64,000 nt of DNA, from contig OX597828.1 in NCBI GenBank assembly GCA_951406725.2, positions 17,112,001-17,176,000 on the forward strand, written 5' to 3'. Made by a program: the position numbers and the translations under genes. The stretch is from Octopus vulgaris. Its lineage: Eukaryota. Shown here in pieces: positions 29,167 to 42,920 of the stretch (its first letter is position 1; every line of letters begins with the position of its first letter). The notes beneath the pieces are model-generated. The model saw nothing but the letters and a program-made list of their open reading frames with translations, had not been told where the DNA came from and did no database searches.

Positions 29167-29577
29167 GCGCAGGAGTGGCTGTGTGGTAAGTAGCTTGCTT
29201 ACCAACCACATGGTTCCGGGTTCAGTCCCACTGCGTGGCACGTTGGGCAAATGTCTTGTACTTTAGCCTCGTGCCGACCAAAGCCTTGTGAGTGGATTTG
29301 GTAGACGGAAACTGAAAGAAGCCCGTCGTATGTATATATATATATATATGTGTGTGCGTGTATGTTTCTGTGTCTGTGCTTGTTCCCCTAGCATTGCTTG
29401 ACAACCGATGCTGGTGTGTTTATGTCCCCGCCACCTAGCGGTTATGCAAAAGAAACCGATAGAATAAGTACTGGGCTTACAAAGAATAAGTCCCCGGGGT
29501 CGAGTTGCTCGATTAAAGGCGGTGCTCCAGTGTGGCCGCGGTCAAATGACTGAAACAAGTAAAAAAAGAGAGAAAGA
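29167..29577 (+). mobile_element. SINE family 1, full length
   Basis: Same head, body and tail as the 7122 copy. Confidence 0.93.
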
Positions 29578-30357
29578 GGATATATATATATATATACACA
29601 CACGGATATACATGTCGGAAGACGGAAAAATGGTAGATGGATAGATAGATAGATAGACTGATATATAATTGTGTGTTTTCGAGAGGAGTTTTTTGTATTT
29701 ACGTCTAAATGAGAAGGTTCAACGTGTTTCCATGTATGCTAGTCACTAGATCCCAGTCTTTCAACCAAGCTTATGATCCTTCACAGACTTGAGATTACAT
29801 AAAAGGTAAATAAGTTGATATTCAGTTTGTGCAAACTATTTTATGTGACTGACATGTATGTTATGCTTCAGAAGATTGTGTAAGAGTGTTATACCAAATG
29901 TCTTGCTAAAGAGTGCATAACTTTGTCATTATCTGATATTGGGCTCTTAGACGGCTTATTTCGATAAAGTGATATTTCTTATATACAGAGCAGTACTCAA
30001 AATTTGCACTATCACTGGACTTAGCCATAGAATTCTATACATACTTATTTGCAGCCATTTCCCTAACACTTTTGTATGATTAAATCGGTTGCCTTTGAAG
30101 ACTGTGTTTCATTGGACTAATCAGGAGGGAGTCAGACGACGCTAGATCCGAGTTGTACAGTATATAGCAAATCAATGTCCAACCCAAGAAGTCCACCGAC
30201 TGATTTGTTGCCGGTTATACGTGTACAAAGTCTTAGTGAGTGTGGATAGTCTTAAGATTCTACTTTGGTTTCCTCATCCTGATGGCTTCATTAAACCCTC
30301 TTTGGAGATAACTAGTTCGATGGCAAGTCTTTTTCTCACAAAACAATTCTCGTTATA

Positions 30358-30896
30358 TTGGGTTGTCCGGAAAGTTCGTGCAGATTTATAGTATTTTAGA
30401 ACATGGTTGAGTCCATAAAATAGGATTTGACTACATCACCATTTAGAGCACAGTTTAAGCTATATTTTCTTGGAAGACGGTTTACGTTCCTATAACCTGT
30501 GTTAATTTTGTATCCCTTTAAAATGAAAGATAAGAAAGTTCATTTTCGGCACTTGATGCTTTGAGAACCAGAGAAAAATTGCTGCAGCTCGACTGTGATG
30601 TGTTACCCCACCCTCCATATTCACCAGATATTGCTCCTTCGGATTTCCACTTATTCAGGTCTCTGCAGAATAGTCTTAATGGTAAAAATTTCAATTCCTT
30701 GGATGACATAAACAGATACCTTGATGAATTCTTTCACATGAAACCACCTCAATTCTGGGAAGAGGGTATTTTCAAGTTAAAGGAACGATGGAGACGCATT
30801 GTGCAACAAAATGGTTCATATTTGGATGTAATGGCAAATATTTATTGACCTTTTTCTTTCCTTTAGAAATCGGCATGAACTTTCCGGACAACCGAA
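30358..30896 (+). mobile_element. Internally deleted mariner transposon with both TIRs and TA TSD
   Basis: TA|ttgggttgtccggaaagttcgtgcagattt ... aaatcggcatgaactttccggacaaccgaa|TA; N-terminus MKDKKVHFRHLML (ATG 30523) joined to LPHPPYSPDIAPSDFHLFRSLQN. Confidence 0.95.
30523..30848 (+). pseudogene. Mariner transposase remnant (N-terminal 13 aa + C-terminus with the YSPDIAPSD motif)
   Basis: ORF 30561-30848; most of the HTH and the first two catalytic Asp residues are deleted. Confidence 0.9.
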
Positions 30897-32577
30897 TACT
30901 TTTCATATCTTATTGCGGCAACATGTAAAGATACGTACTGATACAAACGTCATTTCCTAGCTGGCAATTTGATAAAAATGTCTACAGTTCACTTTATGAT
31001 AACGCGTCCTCCTTTTAATCGATTTTGATTCAACTATATAATCGCATGTCTAGAAATATGCCTGCTGCTGTTTCAACATATACCACCCCATTTCTGTATA
31101 ACATATTTACATTTGTTGTTTCGCTATATTTCGGCCCTAACTCAAGCGTACGTGCAAAAAAAAAAATTCTTAAATATTGACCATACATCTTATAATAATT
31201 CTTGTCCGTGTTTTATTTTTGAATACCATACAAGTGACATGAATTTCCTATTCGTGATGTGAGGGGGGAAATTTGAACTCTACTGCTATTTGGAACAGAT
31301 CAAACTACGGCATACAAAACCCATCTTTGAATCTCCACCCTGCTTGACACGTCTTTTTCATGTGCCTCAGGTCAGTCCCAAATGAAGCTGACTTCTGATC
31401 AATAAACATACTTTCTATTATGCAGGGAGTGTATCTAGAACTACATTATCCAAACCGTTGTTCAGAGTATTTGAGCTGTTTTTTTTTCTTAAACTCTTAC
31501 ATTTAGTGCCGCTGGTTAGGATTGTAAAGAATTTGAACATACGCTCCACAATTTATTAAAAATCTAAGCATTTTTGAAACGTGAATATGAATTTAATTTT
31601 AGCCCGGCTAGCTTTTGTACAATTAAGTAAATGTCTTCGTCATACATTCCTTAATTAGAACAGGTAGTTCAGCTTAGCGTTGAATGTCTAAGGCTATTCG
31701 TCTTTGAGTAGACGCATAGTCTTAGACCGTAGTCGAAACTTCTTGTCTAAGGATCTATCAGCTTTCTGAACGACACCCTACGTTTTTCACACTCAAGTCT
31801 CTTTAAGATTTTCCTCTCAGAGGAACTGTCACACCTTGAACATTACCATGTTTGTATGCATATTATAATATTACATGTACGGGTATATTAATCTAAGTTT
31901 GTTTCTCTGCACAAATCAGTAAATATTAGGTTTTAAAATTTGTATAGCAAAAAGAGCTATACAACCGTTATATTCACAACTGAGGAGACAAAATTAAGTC
32001 AAAACATTGGGACTTGCGTACCTAGCAAAGCACTGTGTGTTTCACGTCCAACTCTCTTTGAAATATTCACAAACTCTTACGTTTGTATACACATTATGAA
32101 TAGCATACTCACCGGTATTTTAAGTCGACAATCCATTTTAAAACAAGAGTAATATCAAAACTTATCAAGTCTATTACACTTGCATTTTAAAACAAATCTC
32201 AATGATCAGATTTGAGTAAGGGTTAATACTGGTCAATAGTAAATGGTTTAGCTGCTACTTGAAATATGTCTTTTGGGCTTTTATATGATATTTGTTAGAA
32301 ATAAAACACAGTAATTACACTGTGTGCTGCTGTTTATGACAATATAAATAAATACTTGCAGTGAGCAGTACCTACTTATAATCCTAGCTGCCTTGACTCC
32401 TTCGGGCAGAATTAAGATGCTTTATAATTAAAGCAAAATAAGGGAGTGACAGTTTAAGAGAGAACCACGAAATTTGTAGGCTGGACATGTATGCACAGAC
32501 ACACACACACTTGCACACAAATGCCTTTACACATAAACATACACATGTATATATGCATCTTCATGCATACATGCACT

Positions 32578-32630
<53 letters not shown>

Positions 32631-33105
32631 ATATATATGTATGTATGTATGTGTGTGTGTGTATGTATATATCTATATATGTCTATAGATAGATAGATAG
32701 ATATGGGTGTATGTGTTTAATATATATATCTTTGTATACATGTGTCTGTATAATATTTACGCATGTGCGCGACTGTGACTGTGTAGGTTTGTGTGTATGT
32801 GAGTGCGTGTGTGTGTGTGTCTTTGTAATCGAACGTGCAGTATGGAAAAGTATTGCTACTCTGGTTAAGAGACAATATGGATTGCGAAGTGCATACTACA
32901 CAAGATTGTGTCATTCTTTCGGTAGAATATATCATCTATTTTAATAGTTTCAGTCATTGTTGGAACCTCAACAGAGAACGAGGTCATATTTTCTCTCACA
33001 TATCAAGTGGTATTTTAAAGTTAAGAATAGTAAATTTAAATCTTGCAAGGATATAACGATTCTCTCTAATCGTGTCCAGAGTGATGCAATAAATGTTCAC
33101 TGTAA

Positions 33106-33320
33106 AAGGCGACGAGCTATCGGGAACTTTAGCTTGCCAGGCGAAATGCTTAGCATTATTTCAGCTGTCTTTACGTTGTGAGTCCAAATTCCGCCGAGGT
33201 CGATTTAGCTTTCATCCTTTTGGGGTCGATAAAGTAAGTACCATTTGCGTACTGGGGTCGATCCAATCGACTGGCCCCCTTCCCAATTATTTCGAGCCTC
33301 GTGCCTAGAGAAGAAAAGAA
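33106..33320 (+). mobile_element. SINE family 2
   Basis: aggcgacgagct...gaaatgcttagc...gagtccaaattccgccgaggtcgatttagctttcatccttttggggtcgataaagtaagtacc. Confidence 0.88.
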
Positions 33321-33806
33321 TAAATATTCATTGTAAGGGCAATTCTTACATTGTTGATTAAAGTCAAGGTATTGAGAAAGATAGGGTGTTCACGAGGGCT
33401 CTCCGTAGCAAGTATTTAATGGTCTTCGGGCGATTCTTGTATAATGATCCTTTACTTGCTTCCCAGAAAAAAAGTCTGGTGGTATTAAATCAGGTGGTCT
33501 TGGTGGCCAAAGTCCCTAAGAAATAATCCGTTCATCGAATAACTCTTGAATTAGCGCCATGGTGATACGCAGGTTGAAAAAATTCAATGAGGAGAGAATT
33601 CTTAAACACCCTGTACAAGGCTAATATATGTGTGTATGTGTGGGCGGCGTGTGGGTGTGAGTGCATTTGTGCATGTGCGCGTATGTATGTACAAATAAAT
33701 ATATACATGCAAGTATATGTGTGTGTATACAATAAGTATATACATGCATATATATGTTTCCCTATACAAACATATATGTATGATTATGTGTGTATACACA
33801 TACATG

Positions 33807-34024
33807 TACGACAGGGTACTGAAAAGTTCCTGGCCTTAAAGGAGTGCGAAGGGCCTGACTGGAGACCCAGACTTCTGAGTTCTTCTACAGGGCTTAGAAA
33901 AACTGTAGAACCGCTGCAGTATAAATGTAGATCTGAGAAGGGAATATGTTGAATAAAATCATGATTAACTGATCCTCCTGTAATCTTTTATCCAAAGTCA
34001 AACGCTGTTCAGTACCGTCTCATA
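33807..34024 (+). mobile_element. Mariner-derived MITE
   Basis: Imperfect TIRs gacagggtactgaaaagttcctggc / ttcagtaccgtctca; keeps the transposase 3' end (gaatatgttgaataa = EYVE*); sister copy at 45599-45808. Confidence 0.75.
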
Positions 34025-34214
34025 TATGCTTTTTCTCAAAAGTTTTATGCACCTATGTATCAGAATATATTGGTATAAACACACACACACACATACACAC
34101 AAACACAGAGTCACATATATAAAAGGGTAACTTATATGTACATCCATGAGAAAGAACATATATATATATATATATATATATAACTCCGACTTTCTATCTT
34201 TCTGTGTGTATATG

Positions 34215-34284
<70 letters not shown>

Positions 34285-34421
34285 TAATAACTAAAACATA
34301 TGCATATATAGATACATATATGTGCGTACCTAACTCTACATGTATATATACATGCATATATGGGTACAGGACACACACACACACACACACACACACAAAT
34401 ATATATATATAGATAGATAGG

Positions 34422-34456
<35 letters not shown>

Positions 34457-37400
34457 GATGTATTTGTATACTCATATATGTATATCTTGTATATCTAATA
34501 TTTTTCCATACCTATATCTGTATATGACTACTGTATATGTATATATGCGAATGATATATATATATATATATTTGTGTGTATGTGTGTATATGAGATTGTT
34601 TGTGTATTCATATGCCTTATCCCCTTTACTTCTCCGGTGATCATGAATCATCTGCGTAGTGTTTACAGAGCAAACAATTTGTTTTGACACTCCATTATCG
34701 TAGCTTTTGTTGGCTACATGGATCTGGTGACAAATGTGTATTGTAAGATCTTTGTGAAACACTCTTATTCAGAGAGATACAAAAATATCTGTCTCAGCGT
34801 GTCTATCTCAGTATAATATATGCACAGTTTCCAGCAGACAGAATATGAAATTAGAATAATACTTGTAATTATGCTTACGCAGGTTTCAAAACCACAATAT
34901 GCTGAAAACATACGCCATTAGACAGACAGACCGGCACAGAAAAATTACAGACACGCAGACAAGCATTTGTATAATAACCGGCATTTATACACACATAGTG
35001 GTTTAGCACAAATGTATTATACATACGCATAAACTACGTAACAGTATAGAAATGCATAAGCATGTATACAAGTATTTATTATATATTAATATGCGCATAC
35101 TGTGGGGAATAGAGTAGATACATTATATACATACACACGGAGTATAGACATGTACACACGTGCATTATGTATAGCCTGGTACACAAAACATTAATTAAAT
35201 GGAATTACACAAGGAAATGTAGAATGCCTGAGGCAATAAATTTGGTGGCGTGAATAAGATGATTCAGGGAGTGGCTGTAGTTAGAGTAACGAGTCGTGTT
35301 GAATAATATTCATTTATTTATTTACATTTTTTGGAGATATTTAAGCATATTAGCTACAATGAGATAGATATAGGTTAACGAAGGCGTGCACCATTTTCCA
35401 TAAACATTTACCTACATGAGGATTTTTTTTCCCTCGCTTCGTTCTCATAAATATATGCGTTGCATTTAAATATTCTCAGCCAGAAGGCTATCACGTAAGG
35501 ATGGTTAAACTTTACGTTTAACATTGCGAAACAAGTTACGACATTCATGCAAACCAAGAACAGTAACAAAATAGAAATAAATAAACGGGAAAAAAATGTT
35601 TATGAGACTTTGCGAGATTCTCGTCTAATAACCGAAGTTTTGAGATTAGGGATAATTATGTTTTGACATAATTGCTAGTGTTCTGTATAAATTACTGTAG
35701 CTTGTCATTTCTTTCGAAATTAAAATATCTGACCTTTTAGCCCGTGAAATGTCAAGAAATCTGTGACAGAAAGTATTTCTTAGTCTTAAAAGAGAGAGTC
35801 CTGCTTTTTTGGGGCTGTATATGAACACCTTTCAGCCTGGATTCTACGTAAATTTGCATATATACTTTGTGGTGTGTATATTTTGGTGTGTAAAATTTCT
35901 ATAGAAAATTTCGTTATCCCACTTTCCTTGTAATAACTACAATCCGGTTGCTGTAGAGTTATATGTTCTATCTGAAGTCTGAGCGAACATAAACATTCTA
36001 GTCCCATTACTTGAAATAGCAGTAAAATCTTCCTCAAATTCTAGGTTCCTGTTTGAAAAACCGACAGAAGGACTCAATGGTTATATTATTTCTAGATACA
36101 CTATGTGTGAACAAAACAAAATGACAAATATCAATGGCTAGAATCTTCTTTGTCATATGTCTGCTAATAAAACAACAACGGCGACAACTACGACGTCGAC
36201 TACGATGACAAGAACAGCACAATTTATCCCTCTTGCCTGAGAACTTCAGCAAATGGCATGTAGTTGCCATTATAATAAAGAAATGTCTCCGACTTCTTCT
36301 CCCGCGAGGACGTTCCAAGTAAAACTGACAAAACCGCTCCCCTACCACTTCCTTCCTGTCCATTTCTCATTCCTTGTACAGAAATTTTCCTGTGAGACTG
36401 CTCCACCTCATCATGTTTCGACAAATCCTCCACAACCCATATTATTTCAAACTGAAACAATGGACTCCAAAGAAACAAGCGAGGCGACGGCAAATTATAA
36501 ATATGAAGATCCCAAAGTGGAATAATTTAGTTCGCCGTAAAGAAGAGAAAATTTTCGACATTTTAGGTAGTGTGCTCCGAGAAACGGCCCTGTCCAAGAC
36601 GTCAGAATTCTCTTCTTCATAATTTATTCGTGTTTTTGACCTTATTCATTCTATTTAGTGCAGAATTGTTCTTATTATTGTAAGAATGAGGTTCCTCGCT
36701 CTCTGTTATTCCTAAATGAATGACTAACAACCAAATATATATCCACATGCAAAATCTTGACATCACATGTCTAGGTTGAAGACAGGCTCTTTTAAATCAT
36801 GCTCTAACTGTAATATAGCAAACTGTGTTTTCTCAGTGGTGCGAAATAAAATATAGATGCTACGCATCTCTGAGAAGCATAGTTACAGCACTACTCCATC
36901 TCTACTTAAAAATAGTATTAAAAGAATCCAGTAGAAACTTGACAACTGGTGTTACTCTCTCCGCAGTTGCAGATGTCCTCTTCTGATGACCAAATGTCTA
37001 CATTATGGTTTGAAGTGCTATTCAATATGAAAGCTTTTGCTTAAGACATCAGTTCTAAAAATAGGATTAAGTTGCACGTATGGCAAGTTTACTATATTCA
37101 GAATTAATTGGAACAATGTCATTTATTATACAGGAAAACCCCCCAGCAATACTACAATGGTTTGCTTTTTCTGAACAATGAATCTGTTTTATTCACACTT
37201 CTTCTCTGTTTTTCACTCTCACCGTGTCTCATTCCACAAACACCGGATTAAACCCGTTTCTTCGCCCTAAAATTTGAAACAGGACAGTAACGCTCCCTTC
37301 ACGCCTATATATTTTCTGTAGCTATCAAAAGTCAAGTTGAACATCAATCACATCAATCACACCAGTCTAGTGGGGAATACTAAAAATGCTATGGGAACAG

Positions 37401-38656
37401 CATCTCAAACCTGAACTAAAATGCAATTATCTAATAACCTTGCAATAAAACTGATAACATAGTATTAGCGTTCAAGTGATGCATAAACCTTTTAAGTTGG
37501 ATGTATATGAAGTAGAAGGACAATGATAATACTTCTAGCGAATTACTCAATAGTGAGATAGAGAGAACTGTAGCCAGCGTATTTAAAAGGAAAGAGAGAG
37601 ACAGACGGATACTGAAACTGCAAGCACCGGAGGATGGTTTAGTAGTGTGTTGAAATGATTCTGATAAAATGTACTGACGGCTTGATTTGTGAGAAAGTAA
37701 CCAATTAGCAACCAAACTGTGATCAATTCAGATCATATTTCAGATGCAAACAGAGCAACCATAATGTTTTAAGTGCTTAAGCCCTTTAGTGTTTTCTTTC
37801 GTAATGTTATGAGTAACACCATTGTTTTATGGGCGACATTAAGCTTATTTTATTGTTTTATTATCGTGATCTCCAAGGATAAAGACCTTTAGTAATTTCA
37901 AGAAAGTTTGTAACCATTTATTTTTAACTTTGTGAAAGACTTTAGAGACATGATTCTCGTCGAATTGTTGGGAAAACAAACATTTTTTATTTCGAGTGAC
38001 ATGTTAAGGTTTTCGACGTAAAGTTCGCAAATTATTAAAAGTATTTCATTTTCAAATCCTGCATATGTTTGTTGATGTAATTAGTTTAATTGTATACAGA
38101 CAGGATGAACATATGATTTCGACACGATTATTTTTCTGAAGAATATTTTGTATCAATAACCTATAACTCCCAATGGTTTAATATTAACGCACCATATTTA
38201 CGAGGGGCATTAGCAATTGATACACATTGTGTAACTACACAAATTAATATCATTATGTTAACAGAAGTTGATGAGGTGCATAGTTTCTTAAATGTTCGTG
38301 TGTTTAGAGAATATTTTACAGTTCTTATGAACTGTAAAATATTTAGTAAATAAATGACTAAATATCGTAAGGTCAACAGCGGCTAATGAGGTAATAAGAA
38401 TTATATCTCAAATGTTCTGATATACATCAAATGGGGTTTTGGTAAAAGTTCAATATCTTTTCTGGGTATGGAATATTTACCGTTCATTTAGCCCGCTTGT
38501 GTAAATTAATGTAGACATAAAGTTATAAAACCGACACACAGTTGATCTACTGAGCACTAGCACAGCGTAGGTATCTCTTTGAGATGAACTTGTATTGTAC
38601 TGCAAATGATTTAATGCGTCTACCTAGAGCATAACATAAACTTCAACACATTTTTA

Positions 38657-39344
38657 GGATCTTTACCGTTTGACCGAAAGATTTAAAAAATAATATTTTG
38701 TAACTAAACACTTTCAAACTTGGGACACTGAAAGAATGTGTCATATAAAACATTTTTTACTGTTAGCCTTTTTGAGAAAAACTTATATTTACGAAGTTAT
38801 TTCACGTTAAATTTCTCCTATTTCGGTAATTTCAACCAACCAATGACGTGTATTCAGCAGACTGAAATTACTGCTGTTTTTGTCAACAAGAACTTCCGGC
38901 AGTGTATATTCCGTTTGTCACTGTTATTTATGACAACCTTAGCCCTAAAACTCTAATCTTAACCCTAACCCTAAAATCTTAAAGCTAAAACTAGTACAAA
39001 CGCACGAACGATGTCATAAATAACAGTGACAAACGAAAAATACACCGCCGATAGTTGTTGTTGAAAAACAACGGCAGTAATTTTATTCAACTGAATACAC
39101 GTCACTGATTGGTTGAAATTACTGAAATAGGACAACTTTAACGTGAAATAGCTTCGTAAATATAAATTTTTCTCAAAAATGCTAACAGTAAAATATGTTT
39201 TATATGACACATTCTACCAGTGTCCGAAGTTTGATAGTGTTTAGTTACAAAAAATTATGTTTTAAATCTGTCGGTCAAAAGGTAAAGATCCTAAAAATGT
39301 TTTGATGTTTATGTTATGTTATGTCTGTCAAAAGGTAAAGATCC
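38657..39344. mobile_element. Fold-back MITE with about 280-bp TIRs starting GG, 8-bp TSD CATTTTTA (Merlin-like) and a telomere-like (CCCTAA) centre
   Basis: Arms 38657-38937 and about 39010-39291; TSD at 38649-38656 and 39345-39352; spacer aaccttagccctaa...aaccctaaccctaa. Confidence 0.85.
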
Positions 39345-39960
39345 CATTTTTACCACCCTAGTAGTCACTTTAAAACTATTTTTCATTACATTTCTTAGGC
39401 AGATTTTCTTTCTATATAAGGTATTATATAAAGTTATCGCTTTCGCATTTGTCGTTTTTCTCGCGGTTTATATATCAAACATCACCTACGAGTGATGTTA
39501 TCGACCACTATATATTGCGTAGCAAGATTAGTAACTATTTAATTCAACAACTGATGACAAGGTACTATAGTACTTAAAAGATATAGACCTCCAGCTGTCT
39601 TACTTCTGACAATATTCGTTGTAAATATTCCATTCTTTATTGCTGTGGTGTATTTTAGGTTGATTATTTCCATTTCATTATTTCCTGAAAGCATAAAGGT
39701 AAAACAAAACCGCCTTTTAACTGTTGAGTCGTTGTTAGATATATGTAAATCTGAGCAACAGCAATTCGTGAGCGTCTGTTTTTTCATTCAAGCGCATATA
39801 CACACAGACAAATACACAGAAGATTATATACAAAACTGAGAGGAATGACCACTAAAGTGGACACCTAATATGCTAAACATAGACGTCAAATCGCCATTAC
39901 CACGAAGAATGTGTTCTCAAGAAAAATCTCAGCAAAACACCAAAATGTAAAGATGAGCAA

Positions 39961-40002
<42 letters not shown>

Positions 40003-40053
40003 TAAATACATACATATATATTATATATATATATATATGTATATATATATGTA

Positions 40054-40093
<40 letters not shown>

Positions 40094-40229
40094 TGGTGTG
40101 TGTATGTATAGTTAATGTTTATACACATGGCACACACACACATATATAACCAAGTGTGTGTGCATGTGTGTATCTGTGTGTATGTGTTTTTGTGTTTATG
40201 TGTTTAAATATGTGTGTGTGTGTGTGTGC

Positions 40230-40263
<34 letters not shown>

Positions 40264-40559
40264 ACTCTTTTTACTTTTGCAGCCAGCACAAAGTTAGTTA
40301 TGAAGAATGTGACTCAACGGCCGGGCGTTTTTTCGCGTGGCACGTATCAAAGTTGGTAAATTGCCACGCATAGAACTCTTGACCCTGGAGTCCCTTTTGT
40401 AACTTTCTGCCGATTAAAAAAGAAACAAAAAAAAACGTATAAACAGATAAATATATTGATTTGCTTTTGTCGTGTTTCTTCTAGCATAACCGTCTGTCTC
40501 TGTCCCCGTCTCTCTCTCTCTTGATCACTATCCCTATCACTGAATATATATATATATAT

Positions 40560-40590
<31 letters not shown>

Positions 40591-40612
40591 TGTAGATGTA
40601 TGCTGTAATACA

Positions 40613-40653
<41 letters not shown>

Positions 40654-41051
40654 AAATACAGCAATACATAACATATATATATATATACATATATAGACAG
40701 TAATGCAGTATATATATATATATTTATATATATATATATATACAGTAATGCATTATATATATAGTTGTATATATGTATATGTATGTAAACACTTGTACAT
40801 ATACGTGTGTGTATGTGTTTATCGTGAAAGAGTGAGAGACAGAGAAAGAAAGAGAGAGAGAGAGAGAGAGAGCATAATGGTAAGAGTATAATTTATCGTG
40901 GTTCAGGAAAAAAAAACTATATCGTGCAGAGTATACAGAGTAATAGAATTACTAAGGGTTCTAACCAAAATCGAATCAACAAAGATATATTAAATAACGC
41001 GCTTTCATCTTTAAACTACTGAATCACTCCATACATACATACATACATGCA

Positions 41052-41108
<57 letters not shown>

Positions 41109-41271
41109 GTATATAGACTTATTGCGTATATTTACACAAAGAAGGGGGACAGCATCATGCATGGTTGAATATTGATAGTCCTCTCCAGCGATGCATAAGT
41201 TGCAGTATATATGGCGAGTTAGTTAGCCACACTTACTAAATAAAATGTATTACAATGTATGCTTATAGTAT

Positions 41272-41461
41272 TGCTTTCAAATCCTGGCACAAGGCCAGCA
41301 CGTTCGGAGTTGTGGGTAACACGCTACCATTGGCCGCAGTGCTCTACTGGTACTTATTTTATCAACTACGAATGGCTGAAAAGTAGAGTCGGACTCTGAA
41401 ATTTGAAATCTGAACGTAAAGCAGACGAAATGCCGCTAAGCATTCCGACAGCTCTTGGCTT
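41272..41461 (-). mobile_element. SINE family 2 (degenerate)
   Basis: ggcacaaggccagca...ctggtacttattttatc...gaacgtaaagcagacgaaatgccgctaagcat. Confidence 0.8.
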
Positions 41462-42299
41462 TGTATGTTTGCAGTATTAAATATCTATACTAGTTAAATT
41501 GGAGTGGTAGTGTCAGCCTGAAATCGCGTTCATGAATATAGGAAAATGATGTTCTAATTTCATATTTGGTGAAATTCACGATAGTATAACCTCTAATTAA
41601 TGTGTTATTGCAATATTTAATGTAATGATAATTAAATATCTCATTTGGCAATTGCTACGTAGCTACATAGCACCTATGATTAACTTCTGCTTGTAAGTCG
41701 ATGATTACCAAATATTGTACAGCCAGAATAAGCAGCCCTTATTTAGAGAATAGGATTTATTAGGCGACTCTTCAAACTGGCTGTGCTCCTTCGAAATAGT
41801 TGACTATTTTTTGTGATACCGGATCCAAGAAATATAAACTGGCAACCTTCTTTCTAGCTCGATAACACTAGCAAGCTCGCCATTCACACAAATCGTCGCG
41901 AGTCCAAGCCATCGACTTCTCTCATGTCATTCTTCTTCGATCTGAAACTCAATATTATTTTATTCCCAGTTACCCAATCCAGCATGCAGCAACACTGACA
42001 CTTTGTCTTTCGCACATTTTTGATGCAGTCCGACTCAACTAGCGCTCCTATCATTTCTGAACTCGTACTCTGCTCTTAACTCATTATCGTTAGGTATTAT
42101 CTTTTCCGAGTGTTACACACAGCATAGAATTTTCGATTACTCTTGATCCACTCAGAATACATGTTTATCTATTGCAACATCAGAAGTCTAAGCTGCCTAA
42201 AATCTATATTCCATGTTTCAGACTACTTTGTATTAGTCCTCCATTATCTAATAAAGTATATATACTTATAAAGTATATAGCCGCGTAAACCAAAATGGT

Positions 42300-42920
42300 T
42301 GAAAATGATCAAATTCTAAACCGACTGGTTCCATGAGTATCTGCAAAATGTCTATCAAAACATAACCCGTCTATCCAATTCTTTTCAATGACTACAAATA
42401 TTTCTGTTTTCGGATTTCCCCAATACCATGAATCCTTTTCAATTGAGCAGTTTCTCCAATAAAGAACCATGTTTGAATTATACACGTTATCTCTCCGGGT
42501 CATCAGGAGAAGACTACATTTTTGTTATCCTCTATACTGCGACATATAGACACATAGATACGTTCACACTATTCGTTACAGACACCCACACACATATACA
42601 CACCACCCGGATACATTAATGTGCATAACGTCACTCATATGGAATAACAGATCCATACAACTAAACACACCCTCCCACACACGCACCTATGTACACAACA
42701 ATTCCCCAGCCTCTATATTATACCTATTCGTAAGTTAAACGTTCCGATCCACTGTACACTGTCCACTCACCTCTGTTTATAATCAATCGTCAAACAACCA
42801 TCATAATTCCTACCTCTATTACATGTACTATAATCTGATACCCATTTGTCAACACGCACAAGTACCTCCCTTCTCTTCCTCGATAAAGAGTCTTAACTCG
42901 AAATATCTGACCCCTATTTC
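42300..42920 (+). mobile_element. Possible highly decayed Penelope-like element
   Basis: HNPSIQF...ISVF at about 42360 resembles the PLE RT HPxIxFT...ISFLD region; HHR-like relic UCGAUAA-AGAG-UCUUAA-CUC-GAAAU at 42880-42905. Confidence 0.3.
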
